64,000 nt of DNA from Bugula neritina (lineage: Eukaryota; Animalia; Bryozoa), in contig OZ037773.1 of NCBI GenBank assembly GCA_964035545.1, forward strand, positions 6,105,751 to 6,169,750. Direction: 5' to 3'. The notes beneath the pieces were generated by a model. It had not been told where the DNA came from, searched no databases, and saw nothing but the letters and a program-made list of their open reading frames with translations. Shown piece by piece: positions 47,842 to 60,500 of this stretch; position 1 is the first letter of the stretch; each line of letters starts with the position of its first letter. Made by a program: the position numbers and the translations under genes.

Positions 47842-50800
47842 ATGCTTCCAATAGTGACTGGCCTCTTACTTTGCATGATCCCAGCCTATGTCACAGAAGA
47901 GCGGGCTCTTACTGAGGCCCCCTACTGGTACAAAGCCTCCATAACAGGAGATGATTCTGACTATGTGCTATCATACACAAACAAGAGCATAGGCCGAGTT
48001 CCATACATACAACATAGTTCTGAAGAAGATGAGGGTCTTGGGTGAGTGCAAAGCTTCCTCATAGGCCAACAAACATTAGTTATGAACTTAGTTTAAATCA
48101 CCCAATAATGAGCATCCTTCACTAACAGGTAATGAAATCTAGCATTCGCACAAAATTTTAAATAAATTGATTATAACGATATTTTTAATGCATGTTTTTT
48201 AAAAAGTTAAATGTTGTTTCATTACACAGCTAGTTGGAAATTACGATAATAAATGTAAAAGGAAAACTAATAAATAAATATAAGCCCAAAATCTTGTGGA
48301 GTAATGCTATATCTTAGGGCTGTGAGATACAGGGCCGTAGCAGCACATCTTAACTTTTATGTGGGATACACTGGCTACAAAGTTATCAATGGCATAACTA
48401 AATGCATACAGATATTATATATTTTCTTAAATTATAAAAGTTGAAACGTTCTAAACAGCTTGTTAATATGCCTTCATGTAAAATTCAACATTGCAAAATT
48501 TTTATTAAAATAGATACTAGGATTTATTTAGTACCTATCAATTTTAGATTTTGAATATATTGTTGTATATTGCATTGCTCACAAACCTTACATGTTTTAC
48601 AATTAAAATTGATCAGTTGCCCCCCCCCGTCCCCCATGCAAAGTATGCGCTAGATGCATTCTTGCCTGCATGCAAAAGGTTGCAAATTAAGGTTTAAATA
48701 AATATAACTTTTTTATTATTTTTATATTACTATTATGATTAAATTATTTATAACTGTGTGCTTTCTCAGCAATCAGTAAATGATTATCAATATTGTGGGT
48801 TTTAGCATTGATCATTTGTTATGTTATTGCAAACAACATTTTAACAAATAAACAAAAATTCTAGGTTTCAACAGTGTTTATTCATTAGGTTGTCATTTCA
48901 GCTAACATTGACTGTTCACGCTTTTTGAAGATTCCTCAAGTACAGTGGTGATGAGGATATGCCTAAAGCTCTCATGTTTACAGTACAACATCCCTATGGG
49001 ATGAGAGGAGAGCATAAACATGTCTGTTTACGGGTAGGAAAGTCAAGAGAGGACAACTCTGTTGAACTTTTAATATTTAAATTTGAAGAGTATTTTTCTT
49101 GGTGTAATATGACTGAAAAGGAGCCACAACAAAGCCATAATAACTAGGATGTAATTTTGCAACATACATTATTATATAAGAACTCTTCCGGTTGTTTTAT
49201 GGAAGCCAAGTAGAAAGTATTTTGCCTAGGTTTTAAGCTTTGAAGAGTAAAAAGATAATCAACATTTTACAAAGTGCTCTTTCGCTCATTAGTCTTTAAT
49301 TGTCAATATTTTGGTGTTTTAGTACACAAAATGTGGACCAGGATCAGCTTGTGTAGCTCCTTCGGTGAGTTTATAGGACAACCTTCTAGATAACAGCATG
49401 AAATGCCAAGTACCTGCTATATCCTGCTAGCTTTCATCACAACCCTCCATCTCTACCCATCTTTGCCCACTTACCTAACTTGCTAACATGTTATTTTGTT
49501 ATAAGCATTTCTACCAGTTTGCTTATCTTACATGTTTTCTAAATATTTTACTTCTGCTAACCTGTTTCCATGCTTTATTTTGCTGGGAAATTATATCATG
49601 CGAAACATTTCATGTTATTCTATTGCACAAACCAGTTATGCTTGAAGTATTATATTTATTGCTTGATCAGGGAATTCCCAGGTGCCTGCCTTCATACTGT
49701 CTAGATAACCCATTCAGCAGCAGACATACCTCGATATCTAAACATGGCACAAAACACAAGGCGAAGCTGATCAATTTAACTCCTTTAGAATGGCAATTTA
49801 ATCCAAGGGAGACAACCACTATTGTCAAAGAAGCCAAAAAGGAGGTAAACACATTCAACTTGATATATGGAAAATGAATGAAAATAATTCAATTTACTAT
49901 TTCCAAACTAGTTTGTTACAATTTTTTTGTTAGATAACAAATACTTTATTGAGCATGTGTGTGAGGACTGTAAAGGTATAGGTGCATGCAGTAATGGAGA
50001 AATTGAGAAAAGCCTGCCTCTTGGATTAGAAATGTAGCAAAAGAAGCTATGTTTTCGCAAGACTTTCAACCCACAGCCCAAACCAAAATTTTAAAAAAAA
50101 TTTGAAAACCTTAGGCTATCTCAATTTTTCCACAACTGCTCCTAAATGGGCTTGTACTTGTAAAAAAGCAGGCTCTTGCATTTTACACCATTTGCTTCAT
50201 TATATTATAACCTGTAACACTGCCTTGAATCATAAATAACTAAAGTGTATCTAAGCAAATAATTTCCATGGAATGTAAAAGCTCATTTTATACTCAGTGT
50301 AAATATCTACAACTTATGTCATACACTTGTGCTTTGGTGAATGTAAATACAAAATATTTCAACCTTCATTGATCTACTAGCTAATTAGTTTTATTATATA
50401 CTCTTATGAAATAATATTCAATGTTGTTGTGTGATGTTTTATTCTGAAATATTTTGAAATAATAACACCAGAGAAAATGTGTTGAAAGTTTGAAGTTTTG
50501 TTTTGGATCAGTTTACATAAATAAAACAAAAACAGAATATCTCAATTTTAGAAACTAAAGCTGCATATTCAAAGCAAAGATGTAATAAAAAGTCAACGTG
50601 CGGTGAAAGGCCACGATGAAGCCAACAAAGCTGGAACCAATGGCAAAGCTGCCACAAAGTATGTGAAAAGTCAGACCAAAATAAGGGTTGAAATATCCTC
50701 ACCTTCAACTAAAGGACTTCAGAAGGGAAGAAGCATAATATATGTAAAGGCGAGTGCAAAAGCTGGCTCTAGGGCCAGGAATTATAACACTCGTGTGAGA

Positions 50801-51422
50801 AGAAGCAGAAAAGTGCATTGGGAGAAATCTTCAGACAAGTGAGTGAGCGAGTGAGTGAGTGAGTGAGTGAGTGAGTGAGTGAGTGAGTGAGTGAGTGAGT
50901 GAGTGAGTGAGTGAGTGAGTGAGTGAGTGAGTGAGTGAGTGAGCGAGTGAGCGAGTGAGCGGGTGAGCGGGTGAGCGGGTGAGCGGGTGAGCGGGTGAGC
51001 GGGTGAGCGAGTGAGCGAGTGAGCGAGTGAGCGAGTGAGCGTGCGAGCGTGCGAGCGAGTGTGTGCGAGTGAGTGAGTGTGTGTGTGAGTGAGAAATTTT
51101 CAGACAAGTGAGTGGGCGATTGGGCGAGGTGGCGAGTGGGCGAGTGGGCGAGTGAGCGAGTGGGCAATTGGGCGAGTGAGCGGGTGGGCGAGTGAGCGAG
51201 TGAGTTCAGTCCCTCAGCTCGCTTACAAAATGCTACATCAGAAAATTGTGGTGAATATAATTGTATTGAAGTGGATTGTACAATATTGACTGTGAAAGTT
51301 TCCAAGGCACTACACCTTTGTATTGAATGTTACATACTTGAGGTTGATGTGGCTTTTAGTAGGGTGTATAATAACATTTATACTAATGTATCTTTTATAG
51401 TGATAGTGACAGTAGCAGTTGA
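47842..51422 (+). CDS. Uncharacterised secreted protein with follistatin-N-like Cys motif and basic C-terminal half, 6 exons, ~275 aa
   Basis: Exons 47842-48041, 48931-49033, 49323-49364, 49671-49844, 50552-50838, 51401-51422 join in phase; signal-peptide-like start; CLRYTKCGPGSACVAPSGIPRC spans exons 2-4. Confidence 0.65.
49979..50144. mobile_element. ~160-bp MITE family, copy 4 (opposite orientation)
   Basis: TGCAGTAATGGAGAAATTG ... CAATTTTTCCACAACTGCTCCTA; internal sequence is the reverse complement of copy 2. Confidence 0.7.
50839..51205. repeat. (GAGT)n-derived microsatellite beginning at an exon donor
   Basis: AA|GTGAGTGAGCGAGTGAGT...; variants GAGC/GGGT/GGGC; exon end duplicated at 51091-51113. 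Confidence 0.95.
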
Positions 51423-51877
51423 GATGACAACTTCCAAGAATTGAAGACTATATACTATGTTCTTTATAAATGGAATATTTTTAGGTTTTACGTTGGACAT
51501 TATTTCTAAAAGTTTATAGTTTTTAATCAAAATTTATAGTAGTCCGCCTGTATGTTGTTATATTATTTGGAGTTGATTATTTGCAAAAAGAAAAAAAAAT
51601 AGAGAATATTTTCGATATATATTTTATTTTCTAGCTAAATAAAAAACACAGCATAGTTCGATAGAAAAAAAAAATTTATTGATCGCATATTAGAATAATA
51701 GTTTTAAAAATATATTATTATATGTAAGTAGAACTACTTTTAAGTTTCAAGATTCATCAATAAAATATCTATGAAAAAAATGAATCTAGCTTTTTCATTG
51801 GCCGGTATTATTATAGTCTGCAGACCAATTAACATTATTTTATCTTATAATTATATGAATTATATGAATTATATAAA

Positions 51878-52032
<155 letters not shown>

Positions 52033-53015
52033 AAGTGTATAACAACACAACATCATGATAACTATAGTAAAACGTTATCAACCTAAATGCTAATTACTTG
52101 GTAAAAATGAGTTTGAAAATTATGTAACCAATAGCTTCTTTATAACTGCTAGAGATATTGTTACACGCTGGTTTTGCAACTTTTACAAAATATTTTAAAT
52201 AAATAGGAGATTTATTTAACTTATTGTCATTAGCATGATAAAATTACGCTAAAAGCAATAAGTTAAATTTCCAACTTATTTTATGCACTGTATTAGAAGT
52301 TCATTTCTATATAACTATGAATCACTATTTAGTTGTAAAAATAATTGCATGCATTTAGAAATTCTGCCATTTTAAAAGCAAGTAAAATATTGCCTTTTTC
52401 AGCCATTTTATCAAATAAAAATATATGCTTTTTTTTCTTTTTTAATATGCTTTGACAGTAAGCAATTTATCTTAATCTTACAATCAGTAGTTTGAGTAAA
52501 ATAATATTATAAATATTTTGCTGAAATGCTAAAAGCTTATAGAATAATAACATAATATTATAATTATTTAGTATGAAATATGTCGAATTATACTGAATAC
52601 ATGAAAAGTATGTAGAAAATGCAATTATCAGATCTTTTAAATTCTTGCAATAATTCATACACCTACTAAACTAAACTATCAGAGAATTTTTAATTAATAA
52701 AGATGGTTTTATTCACAGGTATGTTCTTAAAGCTAGCTAGTAATAATAAACCAAAGCAGCCAATTTAATTATATCCAATGACAGTTCATTTAGTCATTGC
52801 TTTATTTTAGCATGGATTGCAATTGGGATGGCATTATGGCACTCAATTTTAAATAAAATTAACAAACTGCTTTTATGCTTAGAGCGAATCTATAATAATT
52901 AAATCTTAAATTAATCTGCGACATGCCAAACACACACACTCACTCACACGCTCACGCGCACACGCGCACACGCGCACACGCGCACACGCGCACACACACA
53001 CAATACAGTAGAGAG

Positions 53016-55192
53016 ATGTTTGGTGCTGTAGAATCAGGCATGGATGCCATTGCACTCAGTTCAGCAGTACTGGTCATGTCCATATTTATTATCTTCTACT
53101 GTGCGAAGGGAGGTAATGCAACAACTCAAGAGGAAAACCTGGAAGATCCACCTCCTGAGCTTCCAGCAGAACCTCCGGCACCTAATCCAGAGGAGACTAA
53201 GAATGAACCTGGTTAGCAGATTTTATACGTGTACTGTATGACGTATCACAAGTCAACTTTGTATTTAGATTTGAAATTGAAGGCTTCCATGCTTTGAATA
53301 ATTATAACCTGAGTAGTTCGAAATCTTTTTTGAAATATAAAGGAAAATATAAAAGGTCATAATTATTTTTTCTGTAAACAAAGTATACAAAATGAAACAA
53401 ATGAATTGAAGTAATTTTCTAAAAATCAAACTAATGTAAAATCACTATTTGGTCTTTCTTCTGTAACCCACAAACCTCGCTGTAGCTACTGAAGTTAGGG
53501 GGGGGGCATAACCCCACTCACCAAAATCTTAATGCTGTGTATTCAAGCTAACAGTTGCTGTCTTTTACTCCGAACAGATGCGGAACCAGTAGAAGTAACA
53601 GAAGCAGCCGAACCTAAGAATGAAACTCCAGAGCCGGCAGCAAAGAAACCCTCTCAAACGTCTACCAAGTCTAAAGTTAGTGACACAGGTAACACAACTT
53701 CAACTTACTTAAATATTCGTAAGCAAAAAACCATTAAATGTATCATAAATAAATTTTACAAATTGCTTCATAGATTTATACATTTAAAATAATTATTTAC
53801 AATGGATGATATTTTATTAGTTTTACATAATTTTTCAAAGCTTCGGAGTTGGTTTGTTGAATTGTGAACTTTGACCCAAAATAGTTATACTGCCAATCTA
53901 ATTGGCTTCTGAAGAAAACCGAAAGTAACAATATTGTGTTTTAGCATCTCATATACTCTCTCTTCATGTTTCCAGCGCTGCATAGATATTCCATGCATAC
54001 ACACATTATCACTGAGTTTCCATGACATTTGCATTATGTTAATGGATGCCAGTATAAATGAATTTGTGGTTTGCATGAATTTGGGGTTGTGGTTTAATTC
54101 CATGTAACTGTTTCCAAACATCAATGAAAAATTCATTTGAATATGACCTTGGAAACATAGTGTAAAAAGGCGGTGGTTTGCAATGAATAGACTTATTAGA
54201 GTATGTAAATGTACTGAACATAAATTTTATTCTACATGCATTTCCTAGTCAGTCAGTAAAAAATGAAGGGTTGTATTTTGTTACTATGTATGTAGACGTG
54301 TAATATGGCACTCGAGCAATTTTACAAGTATTAATAAGATTTAAACCAATAACTATGCTTTTATGCTTTTCTTCAAACATCCCAATGGTACACAACCTAA
54401 AATTGTACAGGAGTGCAATTTTTGATTCTAAACCAAACACAGATTTTAATTTTCATAAATGAGTTGCTGTGGTAGAAGTCACTAGTGATTTTCTCATGAA
54501 GTTTGACATCAAACATTTAAAACAATTTGCTAAATTTAAAAATATAATGATAGATCGGTGTCTTTAAATGTGTCTGTCTTATGTGCTTATTAATCGAGAT
54601 AATATGATATTACACAGTTTAATGCGATAGTTATCAATCAGTGTAATATATTTTATATTTTGAAATTTATTTACAGGCAGCTCAAAGAAAGGCAAGCGTT
54701 CAAAAACATCTGTCAAAGGAAAGAAAGGATCAACTGTATGTGTATAGTATATCAATGCCAATCGTGTGGTTCAAACATTATATGTACTATATAGCTTAGA
54801 AAGTACTTGATAATCTCTATTATAAGTTTTCTGTATCGTAAATATCATACAACATACTTATTAAAGTGTTATATTCTATAAAATAATAGTATATATAATT
54901 ATATTATAATCTGGCTTGTTTTTATAGATTTACATAGCAGTTTTTGCAAGTTTTGCGACTACTATACATATAATAGGTCTACTATACTTACTGCATATAT
55001 GATACTTACCATACTATACTTAACATACTATACTATGTACTACCCATGTACCATATACATACTTTGCTCTACTTACTATGCATGATATTTTTATTGTACT
55101 ACTTTGCATAAACTTACCATACTGGGTACAATAAGTGATTAAATTGTATGTTTATAACATAATAATCGTTTTAGGATAAATCCAAGAAGTAG
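53016..55192 (+). CDS. Small single-pass membrane protein (N-terminal TM, acidic Pro-rich stalk, Lys-rich tail), 4 exons, ~127 aa
   Basis: Exons 53016-53211, 53578-53688, 54677-54735, 55175-55192 in phase; TM AIALSSAVLVMSIFIIFYC; ends KGKKGSTDKSKK*. Start could instead be ATG 53040. Confidence 0.7.
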
Positions 55193-56805
55193 ATGTATCG
55201 TACATGCTGCTGGTGCTGACTGGTTGCTGCCTTTCATATTTGGGAAATCAAGCAGCATAACTCAGCCAATCAGCGACGATCAACATAGTTGCTGCCTCTC
55301 AGTTATTGTTTTAAAACTGGTTTTGCTGAAGGACACAATTGAAATAAAATATGCAACTATTTCTTTTGTAATAAAAGTTACAGCTTCCAAGAAATTTCTT
55401 TTGTGCTTTGATAGGAATTTTAAAATTTACTCATAATTGAAGGTGCATGCGAGTGTGTGCATGTGAGTGTGTGTGTGCATGTGAGTGTGTGTGTGCATGT
55501 GAGTGTGTGTGTGATACACTATATAATATAAATGCAGGGTTTGACACTTTCAAGAATTTTCTCCATTTTCCTATTAAACACATTTTGCAGTGTAAATAGT
55601 TTTACTTCAGCGATTATATTGCCTGGTATGAAAGGACACATACTTTACAAATCATAGTTTTCTTGAATGCTATATAATTGCAATGTAAGGTAGGTTTTAT
55701 GGGCAAATTCTTTTAGGTCAAACCCAGCAGGTCTACATTTCAGCTCTTTTTATGAGATTCTGTCATGACTTTGTGGTGCAACTTCGTTCAGATATATAAG
55801 CTGTCTTACAGCACAAACAAGAACTAGCAACAATTGTAATAAGGATGGCTGTTTTAGTACATTGTCAGCATCAGAGTTTTGCACATTAAAATACCAATCA
55901 ATATTGAAAGCTGTCCAAAACAGTTATGATGTTGCATCTGGCTGGCATATTTTTCCATAACTATCTTGTTAGACTATGGAATTAAACGAGTGAAGACCAA
56001 AATAAAATAATTCAACGCCAAGAGATGATTTTTCTATTAATTCAACGCTCGCTGTGTAAATGTTTTATTGCAGTTTGACTCATAGAGAACACAACTACCA
56101 ATTTGCCCCTGACCATATTATATTTTAGCTTATTTAAAGATTTGTTGGTTTAATATATTTTTAGCTTATATTTATAATCTAATAAATAAATAGCAGCAAA
56201 AACAGAGTAATACACCAACATAAATCAAGACAAAAACAACAAAAGTAATAAAATTTGACATGATTAATAAGCAATGATTTTGCATAAATAACTTAACATA
56301 GAATATAACTGAAACTACAATAATTTATAGGCACTCATGATGACTTTTACATTATAATAGAAGTAAGTATACAAATATCACACATTAAAGCTATGTTATA
56401 ACTTATACATCTTAATTATATTATTTATATAAAAAAATTGCACTTATAGATTTGAATAATTTAAAATAAGGAGTTGTCTGCCCGCTTAAGAAATGAACAG
56501 ATAACTCTAAAGTCAAAGCTGGCAGCAAATGAAGTTGCCATGTCTTTACAGAAACAAAACAAGTAAAGCTTCAAGAAAAAACAACAGAACAAATAATCAG
56601 AGTCATATGCAGATTGACTGTAAAATTTGGACTCCAAGAATACGATTTCCATTCATACACCATACGCAGTGTAGATCAGAGACCCTGGTGTTGTAGGTTA
56701 TAGAATTATCTGCAGGGAAATCAGTAGGAAATAGAAAGTGTAAAATGCGAAGATTTACATTGAATTTGATAAAAGTTTTTGGAACGAAATTTTAATATGC
56801 TGGAA

Positions 56806-56991
56806 CACAGACTACACAGTAGAGATGGAATCTTGTAGAGAGCACAGGCTATACAGTAGAGATGACATCATAAAGAGAGCACAGGCTACACAATAGAGGT
56901 GACATCTTGTAGAGAGCACAGGCTATACAGTAGAAGTGACATCTTGTAGAGAGCACAGGCTATACAGTAGAGCTGACATCATGGAGAGAGC
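56806..56991. repeat. 37-bp minisatellite, ~5 copies
   Basis: Unit AGAGAGCACAGGCTATACAGTAGAGATGACATCTTGT. Confidence 0.9.
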
Positions 56992-57597
56992 CACTGCTAG
57001 CTAATCTCATAGCCTGTGGTACAAAAGAAATATTATAAAACCAATTTATGCAAAAAGCTTTGCTATTGCAGAAGAATCAAGTTGTTAAATAAAAAATAAA
57101 TTAAAATCTTTCTAAAAACCCAAACATTGAGTTAATTAATCAATTTGCAAGATATTTACAAACACTTTTGACACTCAGTTCAAGGTACTGCTTAGTGTAC
57201 TAAGTTAGACATAGCAATATGTCTGATACTAGAGTGAGAGTAGAGGTGAAAGCCAATACACCATCATAAGTCATGGTAGAGCAAATTTCACAAACAAAAC
57301 TCAATTTGATTGTAGGAATAGAAAGGAACATTCAGTCAGTGTTGAATTGGAGAAAGTGCTGAAACCAACAAGAAACAAACTACATGAGACATGAATCAAC
57401 ATTTAGAAAGAAAATAGTCTGAAAAGGGTGCAGTAAATTACTAAAACTGAAAGACGCCAGCAGGTGCTTGTAAATATGCTCTGAAGATGCGAATAATCCG
57501 ACACCTTGACACATACATGTATTCTAACACAAGGTCCTAGCTACACCTGTACCAGAAATCAACCATCTACAGCTAAGAAATGGTGAAGGTGGAATCA

Positions 57598-60500
57598 CTA
57601 CGCCACACTCACAAGTAGCTGAGTTACACGACGAGGTTTGGACTTGAGGCAACTCGTACAATACTGTGCCTCATCTTCCACGTCATCAAATGGCTACAGG
57701 ATTTGTTAAGTATGTACAGCATTGGTAAGTACATACAGTATTGGTAAGTACAGTATTTAGTAAGTACGTACAGCATTGGTAAGTACGTACAGCGTTGGTA
57801 AGTACGTACAGCATTGGTAAGTATATACAGTATTAGGTAAGTACAGTATTTGGTATGTACAGTATTTAGTAAGTACGTAATGGCTACATTATTTAGTAAG
57901 TACATACATGCGCATGCAATGAAAGGAAAAAATTAAGACGGTGTGGCTGCTGGAGTAAAAAGCAGAAGAAATAAAATTGTATTTTTCACCGCAGCTCAAA
58001 AGTTGTTCACAAACGAAACATGCTACGTAGGAAATGCACTATGCAAATTTTGAAAGTAGAATATATTTCAGTAAAGGAAACTATAGAATGAATGTCACAC
58101 ATTAGAGTATTTCCCAGAATGCTCCTCTCACCTCTGACGTATTGGAGTTGTTGTCCCCATCACTACTTCTACTAACTGAGCTCTATAATGACAAACAACC
58201 AAACAAATAATACAGGGGAAATATTAGTGGAATATGGCAAAAACATGCCCATCTATTTTCAAACTGGTTTTGATTTGTATATCACGAGACGGGACCTCAT
58301 TAATTTCATGTCGACTGTTGAGAAAACAAAACAAACTTGAAAATCGGTTTAAAACTCAATTAACTCGAAATGATAAACTAAATAAGTTTAATAATGGCGA
58401 TTTATTACTCGCACACCCACAAATGTTGATTGATAAACAAACGAATAGAAATAAACAATTTATTAAATCTGAACATAAAAGCTTGAGAAAGAACCCGCAA
58501 ATCATAAACACAGAAAAACATTCCGCACTAAACAGAGCTGTGGAGCACACCACTGCATGAAGAACCTGGATCATACGAGATGAAACACTTACTCGGTGGC
58601 TGGAAGCAGCAGAAGGTTTAGCCTGACTTTCAGTCAACTTGGCTTGGAGACGCGAAATCTCGGAATCTTTAGCATCCAGTGTGCCCTGCCAGGTCTCTGA
58701 GAGCTTGTCTAACATCGCCTCCTAGAAATGTACAATGTGTGTTTACTGCTACCTGGTAACACGTGTTTACTATTACCTGGTAAGACGTGTTTACTGTTAC
58801 CAGGTAACACGTGTTTACTGTTACCTGGTAACATGTGTGCACTGTTACCTGGCAACACATGTTTACTGTTACCTGGTAACATGTGTTTACTGTTACCTGG
58901 TAACGCATGTTTACTGTTACCAGTTAACATGTATTTACTGTTACCAGGTAACACGTATTTACTGTTACAGGGTAATAATTAAATATGTTCAAAATATCTT
59001 CAACGATAAAGCAAATATTTCAAAAAAGTTACCGTCTCAATAAGTGCCTGCTTGTATGACTTTTCTTCAGCGCTTTCCTGTTGACCTATCGAAATGGTCT
59101 GGGTGTAGAACTCCTCCATATTGTGTTCTAAGGTGGAACTGGGATCCAAGGCTAAATCGGGGTTCACTGCCAACATTAGAGCCCTGACTTCATCAACTGA
59201 TAGTGAGTTGTTTGACTAAAATATATGATTAGGAAATCAGTACCTCATTGATGGGACAACTCCAAACTCAAAACTTCGTAAAGTTTCAACACAATAATAT
59301 AAAGCAAATATTAACACGGTTTTAATTCATCAAAGTCTGACTTCTAAAACACAGCCAGAAGTAGTTATGCAATCTTAAACTTTATTTCTGAAAGTTAAAT
59401 ATCTTTTGAGAAATCCAAAAGTGACTTTTCAAACGTTTGATGAATTACCAACACACTGTCTCTTCAGATGACATCGTGAAACAAATTCATATGTGATAAT
59501 AAAGCTGGTCAGAAATCAATGTGAACTATGCAACATAAAAATCAATAAAAATTGAATATTTATAACTAAGGAGGCCACAGTTAGCACAAGTAGGAGATTT
59601 AGCAGCAGAGACGGCATACAATAGTCCCACAACCCAGCGCATGCAGGTAGAGGTAGAGTAGCAGAAGAAAGGCTAGATTCCCAACACCGCTAAGCTACAT
59701 TGCAAAATCATGCTAGCACAAATCATCATGGTAGTTACAAAGTAACTTTTTCTAGAAATTTTTCTTGTTAATAAACAGTTGGAAGTTACATTAAAATAAT
59801 AGCAACTGAAGATTATACGAAAGGTTAAAGTAGCCTGCTTCTAAAAGCATTTGATATATTTAGATAGAAAGAATACACAAAGTACAATTGCATCACTAAA
59901 ATAGCTCATGATATAACTGAAATAGCTAGACTATCAAATATTAACAATACATTGACCTAACTTGAACCTGGCATGTCACAAGTTCACTTGAATAGATTAG
60001 CTCATCATAGAATGAATAATAAATAACATTACATATATACATATTACATATATATAGCTGCTTTACTAATCATAATACCCAGCAAGTATTAAAGAAGACA
60101 ACTTCTACCAAACAGCTCACTTACTGCTGCTATTGTATATTCACAACTTTTCACAAGTACCATATGAAAAGAGCCAATTAAACTTTGTTTCAAATAATAA
60201 AACTACGCCATGCTTTGAACAGAGTAATGTTGGTAGATGTAACCTCAACCACAAACTTTGAGAAGGATATTTTATGAAATCTCTTACATTTTGTAATCAA
60301 TAAAAACAGAGACAGATCAACACAATGATGTCCAAGTAGAACTATCCTTTTATCACAAGCTTTAAAACACAATGATTATTACAGAGGATTGTACAACAAA
60401 CAGACTAAAGAAAAGAGAATTTGACTGAACTAGCAGAAAAGAAAAGAGCAGAAATGAAGAGTAGAATGCAAGAATCGGACATGCCCTTACTAAATATTTG

